Virus record (IMG/VR): IMGVR_UViG_3300008452_005759
Reading direction: 5' to 3' (one strand)
Source of the DNA: a virus
DNA length: 29,552 nt
The position numbers and the translations under genes were made by a program. The notes under the pieces are model-generated. The model made no database searches and was not told where the DNA came from. It saw only the letters and a program-made list of their open reading frames with translations. Position 1 is the stretch's first letter. Every line of letters begins with the position of its first letter. This document shows, piece by piece, positions 1-8,086 of the stretch.

Positions 1-795
1 GCTGCAACATATTCTAATTCTAATGTAGTTACTGATTTTTCTAATATCAATATACTTACTACATTAGCAGCTCCTGGTCATAACATTAACTCTGCCAAAC
101 TTCTTGGATCTTATGGATCAGCATCAGGGACATCAATGGCTTCTCCATTTATTACTGGTGCCTTTGCTCTACATAGATCAGTTTACGGAGTTAAACCTGT
201 TGACGAAGTAGTTAATATTTTTAAAGCTAATTCTCAAATCGCAAAAGATAATTATACTAATATTTCTATTCCAAGAATTCATCTTTCCAATGTCTTTACT
301 GGAACTCCTGTTCCTACCACATCAACTACTTCAACTTCTACCACATCTACTATTCCTGTTACCACTACTACTGTCCCCACTACATCAACTACAATTCGTT
401 ATAATCCTCCTATTTCTACTACAACTACTACACTTCCTAAGTATGTTTTTATTCCCAAACCACTTCTTTTAGAAGTTAATGGTCTTCCTAAGACTTATGT
501 TTGGATTAAGTACAGAGACCCATATATGAACAAGTCTTACATATCTCATTATGTTTTGACTTGCAATGGAATTAATCAATACACTATTCCTGTACAAACT
601 ATGTATTCTCTTCATTCTTATAAATTAAATGTTCCTGCTTCTTCTATTGACTACTGTTACATGCAAGCCGTTGCTACTAACGGTAGCAAAACATTTCCCA
701 CTACTGTAAAATATATTTATCCTAAGAATAGAATTTCATCAATATCATCTATTGATAAAAACAAAAAGAAGAAAAATGTTAAGTCTAACAAATAA
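1..795 (+). CDS. Subtilisin-like (S8) serine protease, C-terminal part (5' truncated by window edge)
   Basis: Frame 1 is open from base 1: AATYSNSNVVTDFSNINILTTLAAPGHNINSAKLLGSYGSASGTSMASPFITGAFAL; GTSMASPFITG matches the subtilase catalytic Ser motif GTSMAxPhxxG. The tracked ORF starts at an internal Met (136). Followed by a Thr/Pro-rich linker. Confidence 0.88.
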   Translation, partial: AATYSNSNVVTDFSNINILTTLAAPGHNINSAKLLGSYGSASGTSMASPFITGAFALHRSVYGVKPVDEVVNIFKANSQIAKDNYTNISIPRIHLSNVFTGTPVPTTSTTSTSTTSTIPVTTTTVPTTSTTIRYNPPISTTTTTLPKYVFIPKPLLLEVNGLPKTYVWIKYRDPYMNKSYISHYVLTCNGINQYTIPVQTMYSLHSYKLNVPASSIDYCYMQAVATNGSKTFPTTVKYIYPKNRISSISSIDKNKKKKNVKSNK

Positions 796-1132
796 TCTAA
801 ATGAAACAGTATATTCTATATTACTTCCTGTTTTTTCCTCACCAGAGTTATTAAATAAAAACGAATCTGAATTAATATCATATACTTTTTCTGATACATC
901 TAATTTATATAATTTAAATCTTAATGATCAATATACAATGATTGTATCTTTAAATAATTTTTTTTCTTATGATTTTGCAAATCACTTTGCTACAGCTTTT
1001 TATAGATTATATACAAATAAATATAGAAAAATATTATATGGTCCTGTTTTAATTATTTCTAAAGAAGAACCACATCTTATACCTTATCTTTTACTTGAAG
1101 AAATAAACTCATTAATGAAAACTTTTAAATGA
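776..1132 (+). CDS. Hypothetical protein (start chosen at an internal Met of the 752 ORF)
   Basis: Open reading frame, collinear; overlaps upstream and downstream genes by a few nt. Confidence 0.5.
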   Translation: MLSLTNNLNETVYSILLPVFSSPELLNKNESELISYTFSDTSNLYNLNLNDQYTMIVSLNNFFSYDFANHFATAFYRLYTNKYRKILYGPVLIISKEEPHLIPYLLLEEINSLMKTFK

Positions 1133-1290
1133 AAAAACAAACTGTTAAAATACAAAAAACAAGAAAAACCTCTGCAACATGCCATGACTGTGGAGTTGTT
1201 TCTAGGGAGGTAAATAAATCAATCAAATATAATCTCTCTCTTTGTATGACATGTTTACAAGAGAGAATAATTTCCGATCTAAAGGATTAA
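1129..1290 (+). CDS. Small zinc-finger-like protein, 53 aa
   Basis: MKKQTVKIQKTRKTSATCHDCGVVSREVNKSIKYNLSLCMTCLQERIISDLKD: two CxxC pairs; overlaps previous stop by 4 nt. Confidence 0.6.
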   Translation: MKKQTVKIQKTRKTSATCHDCGVVSREVNKSIKYNLSLCMTCLQERIISDLKD

Positions 1291-1293
1291 AAT

Positions 1294-1557
1294 ATGTCAC
1301 TTTCAATTACCCTCACAGCAGAAGATACTAATAAGCTTATTGACACAGCTAATATGTTAGACTTTTTATTTTCAATTTTAGGTTCTAACGACACTCTTAG
1401 TTTTGCTGCTAATGAAAAACTATCTATTAATTATGTTCCAGAAGAGATTCAGGAACTTTCTTCTTGGTACAAGAATATCATTCATGTAATTCGTAATGCG
1501 AATTATGATGTTGATCTCTCTTCTGACCAGGATTATTTAAATTCTCTTACAGTATAA
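1294..1557 (+). CDS. Hypothetical protein
   Basis: ORF directly after previous gene. Confidence 0.6.
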   Translation: MSLSITLTAEDTNKLIDTANMLDFLFSILGSNDTLSFAANEKLSINYVPEEIQELSSWYKNIIHVIRNANYDVDLSSDQDYLNSLTV

Positions 1558-1563
1558 CCTAAT

Positions 1564-1647
1564 GCCCGAGTGGCGGAATAGGCAGACGCAGGGGGCTTAA
1601 ACCCCCCGGATCGCAAGATCTTACCGGTTCAAGTCCGGTCTCGGGTA
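1564..1647 (+). tRNA. tRNA-Leu(UAA)
   Basis: Acceptor GCCCGAG/CTCGGGT, anticodon arm GGGGG-CTTAAAC-CCCCC, variable arm, T arm ACCGG-TTCAAGT-CCGGT. Confidence 0.95.
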
Positions 1648-1666
1648 CTATCAGAAAGATATATTC

Positions 1667-1861
1667 ATGGATTCAGAATCTTTATCCGATAGATATGCTA
1701 GACTACAAGTGTTAGGAATGTTAGCTCCTATAGGTGAATGTGATTATTGTGATCGCATTCGAGAACAAAAAGCAAAAACATTTCCTTCTCATAAGCCCTA
1801 TGATTTTTGCCGTTCTTATAAAGGCGGAAGAAATCATTGCACGTGTGATACGTGCTTTTAG
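1667..1861 (+). CDS. Small Cys/His-rich protein, possible zinc binding
   Basis: ORF with CDYCDRIREQ...FCRSYKGGRNHCTCDTC. Confidence 0.6.
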   Translation: MDSESLSDRYARLQVLGMLAPIGECDYCDRIREQKAKTFPSHKPYDFCRSYKGGRNHCTCDTCF

Positions 1862-1876
1862 TAGAAAGAAAAAATA

Positions 1877-2356
1877 ATGTCAGAACAATTCATTCCACAT
1901 CCTCCTTCTCCCCCAGAGAAGAAAGAGACTGTAACTTTTAATAAGAAGAATCTTGCTATTGCATTTCTTGCAGTATCAATTTTTATTCTTATTCTTGCTA
2001 TTGTAATTCCATCAAGCAATAGTTCATCTCCTGTAACAACTGATGCTCCTGCTCCAGTAGTTACTAATCCTCCATATACACCTCCTGCTGAGAACAAGTA
2101 TGATCAGTATATGGATCATGTTCTTAATAATTCAGGACAGGCTAATACTTGGAGTAAAGCTGATGTCATTGAATTTGGTGACCTTGTATGCGGAGCTCTT
2201 GATAATGGAAATTCAGTTCGTCAAGTAGTTAATCTTCTTGAAGGTTATGCTAAGTCTTCTAGCGATGTTGAGTTCTTTGCTTCAGTAGCTTTTGGTGCTA
2301 TTACTTATATTTGTCCAGAATACAAGTCTGATCTTAATTCTTATTTAAATAGCTAG
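1877..2356 (+). CDS. Membrane-anchored DUF732-like protein
   Basis: Single TM segment (LAIAFLAVSIFILILAIVI), Pro/Thr linker, then a small domain with VCGALDNGNSVRQVVNLL...AFGAITYICPE, resembling the actinobacterial DUF732 pattern. Confidence 0.55.
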   Translation: MSEQFIPHPPSPPEKKETVTFNKKNLAIAFLAVSIFILILAIVIPSSNSSSPVTTDAPAPVVTNPPYTPPAENKYDQYMDHVLNNSGQANTWSKADVIEFGDLVCGALDNGNSVRQVVNLLEGYAKSSSDVEFFASVAFGAITYICPEYKSDLNSYLNS

Positions 2357-2445
2357 TTATGATTAGTACACCTCAAGCTGTTATTCTTTTTGCTTGTGCA
2401 TTTTCTATTGGTTTATGGCTAGGAACTACCTTGGGATGTCTTTAA

Positions 2446-2682
2446 ATGAAATCTAAAGTTTTAGCATTCATCAAAGGATTTGATTATGCTGTTAAGCATA
2501 ATGCTATTCTGGAAGATCATCATTTTCATACTCTGCCAGGAGCATCTTGGCATGATAGAGACACTCAAAATTTATATCGTAAGTCAATTCGATTTGGCCG
2601 TAAATACATGCAGTATAGGTATGAGATACTAGCTCTTACTGTTATTGTTTTTACAACTTTGTTATTCATGTTTACATGGTGA
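2446..2682 (+). CDS. Small protein with C-terminal TM helix
   Basis: ORF; ILALTVIVFTTLLFMF hydrophobic tail. Confidence 0.55.
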   Translation: MKSKVLAFIKGFDYAVKHNAILEDHHFHTLPGASWHDRDTQNLYRKSIRFGRKYMQYRYEILALTVIVFTTLLFMFTW

Positions 2683-2689
2683 CAAGCTT

Positions 2690-2762
2690 TCCCAGATAGC
2701 TCAGTTGGCAGAGCTACGGACTGTTAATCCGTTGGTCGTAGGTTCGAGCCCTACTCTGGGAG
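2690..2762 (+). tRNA. tRNA-Asn(GUU)
   Basis: Acceptor TCCCAGA/TCTGGGA, anticodon arm ACGGA-CTGTTAA-TCCGT, T arm GTAGG-TTCGAGC-CCTAC. Confidence 0.96.
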
Positions 2763-2764
2763 CT

Positions 2765-3022
2765 ATGAAAAATATTCAACCTGATCAAAACGATTATTGT
2801 GTTGACTGCAAAGTTGACACTCTCCTTATAGGAGAATACTACATGGTACACCACTCTGTTTGGGAAGATACTGGCCTTGGCCTTTATGATGGAATGCTTT
2901 GCATTTCTTGTCTTGAAAAAAGAATAAGCAGGCAGCTTACATCAGAAGATTTTTCTAATTTTCCAATTAACACAGATCCTTTGTTTAGATCTGATCTGCT
3001 TATTTCAAGGATGACAAAATGA
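2765..3022 (+). CDS. Small phage zinc-binding protein (CxxC...CxxC)
   Basis: MKNIQPDQNDYCVDCKVDTLLIGEYYMVHHSVW...GMLCISCLEKRISRQL; the tracked ORF start (2645) overlaps the tRNA, so ATG at 2765 is preferred. Confidence 0.75.
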   Translation: MKNIQPDQNDYCVDCKVDTLLIGEYYMVHHSVWEDTGLGLYDGMLCISCLEKRISRQLTSEDFSNFPINTDPLFRSDLLISRMTK

Positions 3023-3231
3023 ATACTTCTGAAATTATTAAAGAATCATTTTATCTTTTAGGAAAAAGAGTTCAGCTCATTTATACAAACGACGAATACA
3101 CAAACCTTAGGTCTGGTGATCTTGGTACAATAAACTTTATTGATGATTCTGGAACCGTATTTGTAAATTGGGATAATGGATCTAAACTTGGCCTTATTCC
3201 AGGTATTGATAAATGGAAAATTGTTTATTAA
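3019..3231 (+). CDS. Hypothetical protein
   Basis: ORF overlapping previous stop by 4 nt. Confidence 0.6.
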   Translation: MNTSEIIKESFYLLGKRVQLIYTNDEYTNLRSGDLGTINFIDDSGTVFVNWDNGSKLGLIPGIDKWKIVY

Positions 3232-3312
3232 TGAAATCAATATTTCTTAATCTCATCATAGCTGCTGTAGTAGTTTATTCTTTTGATTTTATAAAAAGAA
3301 AGTATTTTTAAT

Positions 3313-3552
3313 ATGTATATGAAATTACATTCTAAACCAAAACTTGATGTTATTGCCCACACACTTACTCGTTGTGGTATAACTTTATGGCATGGCATTC
3401 CAGAGCAAATTGTTAAAGATCTTCATACCGCTGGTTATAAAATTAAAAAGCGTAAAAACTTTAAGGATATTGCTCAACAAGTTGATCCACGTAGAATTGT
3501 TCCTGGAAAACTTAAATCTCAACACGAATCTGAAAGCGACATATATCTTTAA
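3313..3552 (+). CDS. Hypothetical protein
   Basis: ORF, collinear. Confidence 0.5.
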   Translation: MYMKLHSKPKLDVIAHTLTRCGITLWHGIPEQIVKDLHTAGYKIKKRKNFKDIAQQVDPRRIVPGKLKSQHESESDIYL

Positions 3553-3790
3553 TGCTTGTTTATGTAATTACTGCAATTGGTGCTCTATGGGGTATTCTTA
3601 CTCTTATTGGAATTCGAGAAGATGATAAGTATATTAAAGAACTTGTTCAATCTGCTCGCAATGCAACAAGAGAATCTCACGGATCAGAATAATGTCTGAT
3701 TTTGATGCTCTTATTTGTTCCTTTGTTACAATATTCTTTATAGGTTTTGCTTTCTATAAACTTGAAAAAAAGTTTAAAGATTAACCAATC

Positions 3791-3863
3791 GGGTCTTTAG
3801 CTCAGTTGGTAGAGCAGTGGACTTTTAATCCATTGGTCGTGGGTTCGAGCCCCACAGGACCCA
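3791..3863 (+). tRNA. tRNA-Lys(UUU)
   Basis: Acceptor GGGTCTT/AGGACCC, anticodon arm GTGGA-CTTTTAA-TCCAT, T arm GTGGG-TTCGAGC-CCCAC. Confidence 0.95.
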
Positions 3864-3865
3864 CT

Positions 3866-4135
3866 ATGAATAATGAATTAAATTTAGACAACAACCTTAT
3901 GATTGGCGATACAGTAGGAACTCCATCTCGAACTGTTATCTCTTGTACTAAGAAATACGATAGAGTTCCTGGAGACACTTACGCTACTTGGACTGCTATA
4001 TGTGTGGATGAAACACAAAGACACCCTTATGTAGTGTGGACTATAGTTGCTAGACCAGAAGGATTTTCGGCTTATAATGGAACTTACTGCACTACACTTA
4101 TGGATGCTGTCCATCACTATAATAAAAGAAAGTAA
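3866..4135 (+). CDS. Hypothetical protein
   Basis: Preferred start ATG 3866 (tracked 3806 start overlaps the tRNA); MNNELNLDNNLMIGDTVGTPSRTVISCTKKYDRV... Confidence 0.65.
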   Translation: MNNELNLDNNLMIGDTVGTPSRTVISCTKKYDRVPGDTYATWTAICVDETQRHPYVVWTIVARPEGFSAYNGTYCTTLMDAVHHYNKRK

Positions 4136-4140
4136 TACTT

Positions 4141-4341
4141 ATGAAAGTTAAACTTATTGTTGAGATAGATGCTGATATTCCTGGTGAATTCCAAGATGAC
4201 AAATTAGCTACAACTCTTTTAGATCAAGAGATTAGAGATCTTCTTTCTGTAGATGTTTTCTACGATAAATACGATCAACCATCAGTAATGTTTGATGCTA
4301 TGAAAATTGTTGAATATATTCCAGGAGCAGGTAAACTATAA
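4141..4341 (+). CDS. Hypothetical protein
   Basis: ORF. Confidence 0.55.
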   Translation: MKVKLIVEIDADIPGEFQDDKLATTLLDQEIRDLLSVDVFYDKYDQPSVMFDAMKIVEYIPGAGKL

Positions 4342-4475
4342 TGACACCTACCGAATTAGAAGAGCGGTCTCTGCCTTCTTCTACTGAATCAGACACAGAA
4401 GCGGAAACTCCAAAATACCGTATTACTTTTGGTACTTTTACAATTCTTGCACCTAATCCAAACCAAGGAGATTAA
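4341..4475 (+). CDS. Hypothetical acidic small protein, 44 aa
   Basis: ATG overlapping previous stop; MTPTELEERSLPSSTESDTEAETPKYRITFGTFTILAPNPNQGD. Confidence 0.45.
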   Translation: MTPTELEERSLPSSTESDTEAETPKYRITFGTFTILAPNPNQGD

Positions 4476-4476
4476 A

Positions 4477-4977
4477 ATGTCTACTCCTATGCCAGACTAT
4501 GGTTTAACCTTTAATTCTTCATCTACTACTGCTTTACAGGTTGATACAAAATCTGCCGATAAGATTGCAGAACGTTTTTTAAAGCAGCAAATTTCAGATC
4601 CCAATTACAAACATGAGTTGAATGCAGCTCAGATTTGGGCTCTTAAAAAAGATGGTTCTTTTCATTTAGTAGCTGTTCATCCAGACGTTTATGAACTATT
4701 AAATGATCAATATAATTTTTCTACTTATGTTGGAGTTTTAGTTCACACTACTGGATGGGCTGCTCCGTTAGATGAAAATGGAGAAGTTTCAACTGCTCCT
4801 AGTAAGCACGAAATGCGTCGCAGAGTTGCTCTCGCTTCTTGTGTTACAAATGATTCTGTTGGATCTGCTTTGTCTTTTGCAGATGAGAAAGACATTGTTC
4901 TTGATCCCGGTTCTGCTACTGGATCTCTAGCTGATGCTCTCTTGTCATTCTGGGAAAACAATTCTATAGGTCTCTAA
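4477..4977 (+). CDS. Hypothetical protein, 166 aa
   Basis: AAGGAG upstream of ATG 4477 (internal Met of the 4429 ORF). Confidence 0.7.
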   Translation: MSTPMPDYGLTFNSSSTTALQVDTKSADKIAERFLKQQISDPNYKHELNAAQIWALKKDGSFHLVAVHPDVYELLNDQYNFSTYVGVLVHTTGWAAPLDENGEVSTAPSKHEMRRRVALASCVTNDSVGSALSFADEKDIVLDPGSATGSLADALLSFWENNSIGL

Positions 4978-4978
4978 T

Positions 4979-5173
4979 ATGTCTATTCCTGATTTTGATG
5001 ATCTTGATGAACGAACTCAAGAACAATATATTTTACAGTCTTTTGAATTGCTTGACGCAGACAACAGAGTTCCTTATGAGATAGCTACCGGTGATGAAGC
5101 AACTATCTATGAATATGATCCTATCATTGATCTAGCAAGATCAATCTATGAAGATTCTTTCGAAGATGATTAA
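4979..5173 (+). CDS. Acidic hypothetical protein
   Basis: ORF directly after previous gene. Confidence 0.6.
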   Translation: MSIPDFDDLDERTQEQYILQSFELLDADNRVPYEIATGDEATIYEYDPIIDLARSIYEDSFEDD

Positions 5174-5210
5174 TCTAAGACTGAGAGATTAGTATCATTT
5201 AAGAATGGGA

Positions 5211-5278
5211 GTTAACAGTCCCCATAAGTCCGTTTACCAATTTATCTGCCCCCAGACCAGATAAGGACAACTGTTTAC
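5211..5278 (+). ncRNA. Putative structured RNA element immediately 5' of a tRNA
   Basis: Nested helices: 5211-5219/5270-5278 (8 of 9 paired), GTCC 5228-5231/GGAC 5265-5268, TTATCTG 5242-5248/CAGATAA 5258-5264. Confidence 0.45.
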
Positions 5279-5352
5279 GGGCCTATAGCTCAGTTGGTTA
5301 GAGCATCGGACTCATAATCCGCCGGTCGCAGGTTCAAGTCCTGCTGGGCCCA
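5279..5352 (+). tRNA. tRNA with CAU anticodon (Met or Ile2; isotype not resolved)
   Basis: Acceptor GGGCCTA/TGGGCCC, anticodon loop CTCATAA, T arm GCAGG-TTCAAGT-CCTGC. Confidence 0.93.
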
Positions 5353-5354
5353 CT

Positions 5355-5531
5355 ATGAAATTCTATGATATATTTTATTTACTATATATAGCTATAACTC
5401 AATCTTTATTTGTTAAAGTATTTTTTTTAATAATTATATATGTTATTCAATATTTAAATACTCTTCCTAAAAAGAATTGGTATGGTTATGACGATGATCA
5501 AAAGGATTTTAAATGCCAAGATATAATTTAA
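5355..5531 (+). CDS. Small membrane protein, 58 aa
   Basis: MKFYDIFYLLYIAITQSLFVKVFFLIIIYVIQYLNTLPKKNWYGYDDDQKDFKCQDII; starts 2 nt after the tRNA. Confidence 0.5.
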   Translation: MKFYDIFYLLYIAITQSLFVKVFFLIIIYVIQYLNTLPKKNWYGYDDDQKDFKCQDII

Positions 5532-5701
5532 ACAATGAAGATGTAGACATTATATTGGATGCTCTTCAAAATTATATTTTAAATACTAACTTTGAACACC
5601 GTCCCAATCAAATAATTTCTTTGAAAAAAAGATTACTTGCAAAAATTGAAGACAACAATATTGATGATGATGTTTGGGCTGTCTTTCAAGGAGATGAATA
5701 A
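5513..5701 (+). CDS. Hypothetical protein
   Basis: ORF. Confidence 0.6.
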   Translation: MPRYNLNNEDVDIILDALQNYILNTNFEHRPNQIISLKKRLLAKIEDNNIDDDVWAVFQGDE

Positions 5702-5952
5702 TGCCTTATATTAAACCAGAAGATCGTTTACACATTCTTGCTGACGAAAAACAAATCAGCACTGCTGGAGAATTAAATTATTTTATTTCCACTTTGATTA
5801 ATTGGTACCTTAATGAAAAAGGTAAGAGTTATTCTACCATCAATGAAGTTATTGGCGTACTAGAATGCGCTAAACTTGAACTTTATCGCAGAGTAGCTGC
5901 ACCATATGAAGACATCAAAATTGAAGAAAATGGAGATGTTTACACTATATGA
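5701..5952 (+). CDS. Hypothetical protein
   Basis: ORF, 1-nt stop/start overlap. Confidence 0.6.
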   Translation: MPYIKPEDRLHILADEKQISTAGELNYFISTLINWYLNEKGKSYSTINEVIGVLECAKLELYRRVAAPYEDIKIEENGDVYTI

Positions 5953-6173
5953 CCGCACCAGGCGTAAGAACTCATCGCAGTGTTGTAGACATTGTGGCTC
6001 AACGTGGATATGATAAAGTTCATAGCCTTGAAAAACGTCGCCAGCTTCTTGAGCAAAATAAAAACAGAGTTTGTGCTTTAGATTCTTGTAGCACTAAACT
6101 CTCTATGTACAATGATACAAACTTTTGTGCAATACATCAAAGAGGAAATATCCCTCTTCCTAAACATCTTTAA
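5949..6173 (+). CDS. Small zinc-finger-like protein
   Basis: CALDSCSTKLSMYNDTNFCAIHQ (Cx4C...CxxH); 4-nt overlap. Confidence 0.6.
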   Translation: MTAPGVRTHRSVVDIVAQRGYDKVHSLEKRRQLLEQNKNRVCALDSCSTKLSMYNDTNFCAIHQRGNIPLPKHL

Positions 6174-6176
6174 GGT

Positions 6177-6463
6177 TTAACCAGTAGCGTGTACGTAATC
6201 TTATATTTTGATTTCGGAACGGATACCAATAACTACACCAAGCACGTGGGCCTATATTCCCCGTAGTTACTACTGGTTAATTAGTTTGGTGGCACTGGCG
6301 CTTTGGGACATGTAGCGACAGTGTCACCATTTAATTTGGTAGCAGCTAGCAAGATTAGATACAATTACTACGTGGTCAAACACAGAAATAAGTCGGATCG
6401 AATCGCTAACGGAAAAGCAATGATGCTAGTGATCACATATTTGTCAGCATTGCCTGCTACCAA
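6177..6463 (+). ncRNA. Putative large structured noncoding RNA
   Basis: TTAACCAGTAG 6177-6187/CTACTGGTTAA 6270-6280 (11 bp perfect); TAACTAC 6230-6236/GTAGTTA 6263-6269; GGTGGCACT 6288-6296/AGTGTCACC 6320-6328 plus CGCT 6299-6302/AGCG 6314-6317; TTGGTAGCAG 6336-6345/CTGCTACCAA 6454-6463 (10 bp perfect); lies in the largest gap without a convincing gene. Confidence 0.6.
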
Positions 6464-6478
6464 CTCTTCTGCTATAAT
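6450..6478 (+). promoter_or_regulatory. Sigma70-like promoter upstream of tRNA-Ile
   Basis: TTGCCT - 17 nt - TATAAT. Confidence 0.5.
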
Positions 6479-6538
6479 AAGGATATTATGATCTTAGATT
6501 TTCGAATATGCTCCCACTCTACTTATCCCGTATTTCAC

Positions 6539-6611
6539 GGGCTAGTAGCTCAGTGGTAAGAGCGCCATTCTTATAAAATGGTGGTCGCGGGTTCAATTCC
6601 CGCCTAGCCCA
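6539..6611 (+). tRNA. tRNA-Ile(UAU)
   Basis: Acceptor GGGCTAG/CTAGCCC, anticodon arm CCATT-CTTATAA-AATGG, T arm GCGGG-TTCAATT-CCCGC. Confidence 0.93.
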
Positions 6612-6647
6612 CTTAATCCAAAATAAAAACTATAGACTGGATACAAT

Positions 6648-7295
6648 ATGAACTATGACGCTTTGTCTAATAATGATGATGATCTTTTTTCTGATAATTC
6701 CTCAGATAACACGAATCAAACATTTACTTCAGATTCTGGCATTGATAATTTATTAAACTCTTTAGATATAAATCTTGAAGAAGTTGACTCAATGCTTTTT
6801 CGGGCAAGAATCGTAACAACTCTTATTGACACTGCTAATAAGTTTGTTTATGAAACCAATTCATACAATAGGACTATATTTAATACTCTTAATTCTTTAA
6901 CTGACGGACAGTTTCAGTATACTCTTTATGCTGAAACTCTCGAAGAAGGAATCTATCGTAGACTTCTTATTTTAGATTTTCTAAAGTCTTGTACTGATCA
7001 GATGGACGAAAAGATCTTAGCTCTTATATCTAAGGCCACAAGTTCCAATCTTGATTCTCGGTTTATCAATACATATATTGTATCTATGAAGAATATACTT
7101 GAATATTCTATTGACTACAATATTTCCATTTACAATAAAATTTGTGAACAAATAAATAGAAGTCCTATTTCTTTTGATATTGATAACAACTTTGATTTAA
7201 TGCATACATACATAAATCCTACTAGTTATATTAATAGTGTATTTACTAATATTAAGAAATCTTTAGGATTTGGAATCAAACTTGAGTCAGACTAA
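6648..7295 (+). CDS. Hypothetical protein, 215 aa
   Basis: ORF. Confidence 0.75.
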   Translation: MNYDALSNNDDDLFSDNSSDNTNQTFTSDSGIDNLLNSLDINLEEVDSMLFRARIVTTLIDTANKFVYETNSYNRTIFNTLNSLTDGQFQYTLYAETLEEGIYRRLLILDFLKSCTDQMDEKILALISKATSSNLDSRFINTYIVSMKNILEYSIDYNISIYNKICEQINRSPISFDIDNNFDLMHTYINPTSYINSVFTNIKKSLGFGIKLESD

Positions 7296-7653
7296 AAAAC
7301 AAATTCATCAAGCCAAAGTAAACATGAACTCTGAATGGCAGCATCTTGCTGCTTGCCGTTCTACACCAAAAGAAGACGACTTCTTTGATACTAGAGAAGT
7401 TTATCTTAGAACCTTATCTAGAAGATATTGTCATTCTTGTCCTGTTAGAACTCAGTGTTTATATGTTGCGTTAGTTAATGATGATATTTATGGCCTTTGG
7501 GGAGCTCTTACTCCAAAGCAAAGAAAGTACTATCTTCGTCAGATTTATTCTTACGCAGAAGAACATAACATTCCTACAAACGATTGGAGCCATGAGTTAG
7601 ATGAAGTCTTCCAACTCTTCTCAACGCTTCCAAAGATTAAGCAGTATTTTTAA
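7270..7653 (+). CDS. WhiB-like transcriptional regulator
   Basis: EWQHLAACRSTPKEDDFFD...YCHSCPVRTQCLYVALVNDDIYGLWGALTPKQR: four Cys with CxxCx5C and G(I/V)WG-like motif. Confidence 0.9.
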   Translation: MESNLSQTKKQIHQAKVNMNSEWQHLAACRSTPKEDDFFDTREVYLRTLSRRYCHSCPVRTQCLYVALVNDDIYGLWGALTPKQRKYYLRQIYSYAEEHNIPTNDWSHELDEVFQLFSTLPKIKQYF

Positions 7654-8086
7654 CTATAAAAAAATACCAAAATCTTTTTATACACTTGGCTCATTGTTAG
7701 CTTTTGCAGCTATCAACTACACAGTTATACATAGCCCTGTAGTTTTATTGGCAACTCTTGGACTATTAGTGCATGAGCTTGCTCATTACTTCTATGCAAA
7801 AGCATACAAGGCAAAGGTCTCTCTTCCAATATTTTTACCTTTTCCTTTTATCGCAATTGCGTTTGTTAAAGTAAAAGATTTGCATTTGTCGCATAAACCC
7901 TATGTTGCAATAGCTGGTATGATCTTTGCTTCTTTAATGTATTTATTTACTTTTATATTTAATTTTTATCATTCTTTTTATTCTATATGTATACCTTTAA
8001 TTTTTATTACATTTGAACTTTTATTTAACATCATTGGTTCTGACGGTATGAAATTCCGTTCATCCAGATCGAGAATGGCTGTATAA
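7601..8086 (+). CDS. M50-like intramembrane metalloprotease (site-2-protease-like), start uncertain
   Basis: LLVHELAHYFYAKAYKAKV (HExxH in a TM segment), PLIF..FELLFNIIGSDGMKF resembling the NxxPxxDG motif; multiple TM segments. Confidence 0.72.
   Translation: MKSSNSSQRFQRLSSIFNYKKIPKSFYTLGSLLAFAAINYTVIHSPVVLLATLGLLVHELAHYFYAKAYKAKVSLPIFLPFPFIAIAFVKVKDLHLSHKPYVAIAGMIFASLMYLFTFIFNFYHSFYSICIPLIFITFELLFNIIGSDGMKFRSSRSRMAV

Noticed and set aside
340-435. ACTACT/ACTACC-rich tract as a DNA repeat or CRISPR-like array
   Set aside because: Irregular codon-level repetition encoding a Thr/Ser/Pro linker; no spacer structure. No CRISPR array seen anywhere in the window.
290-472. 60-aa Leu/Pro-rich ORF
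   Set aside because: Frame-shifted shadow of the Thr/Pro linker of the subtilase.
2645-2764. Upstream part of the 2645-3022 ORF
   Set aside because: Covers tRNA-Asn; the protein begins at ATG 2765.
3806-3865. Upstream part of the 3806-4135 ORF
   Set aside because: Overlaps tRNA-Lys; start is likely ATG 3866.
4477-4977. Methyltransferase call based on VLDPGSATGS in the 166-aa protein
   Set aside because: Motif is isolated near the C-terminus with no other SAM-binding or catalytic motifs.
6303-6491. 62-aa ORF
   Set aside because: Lies in the structured RNA region, has no good RBS and is low complexity; more likely spurious.
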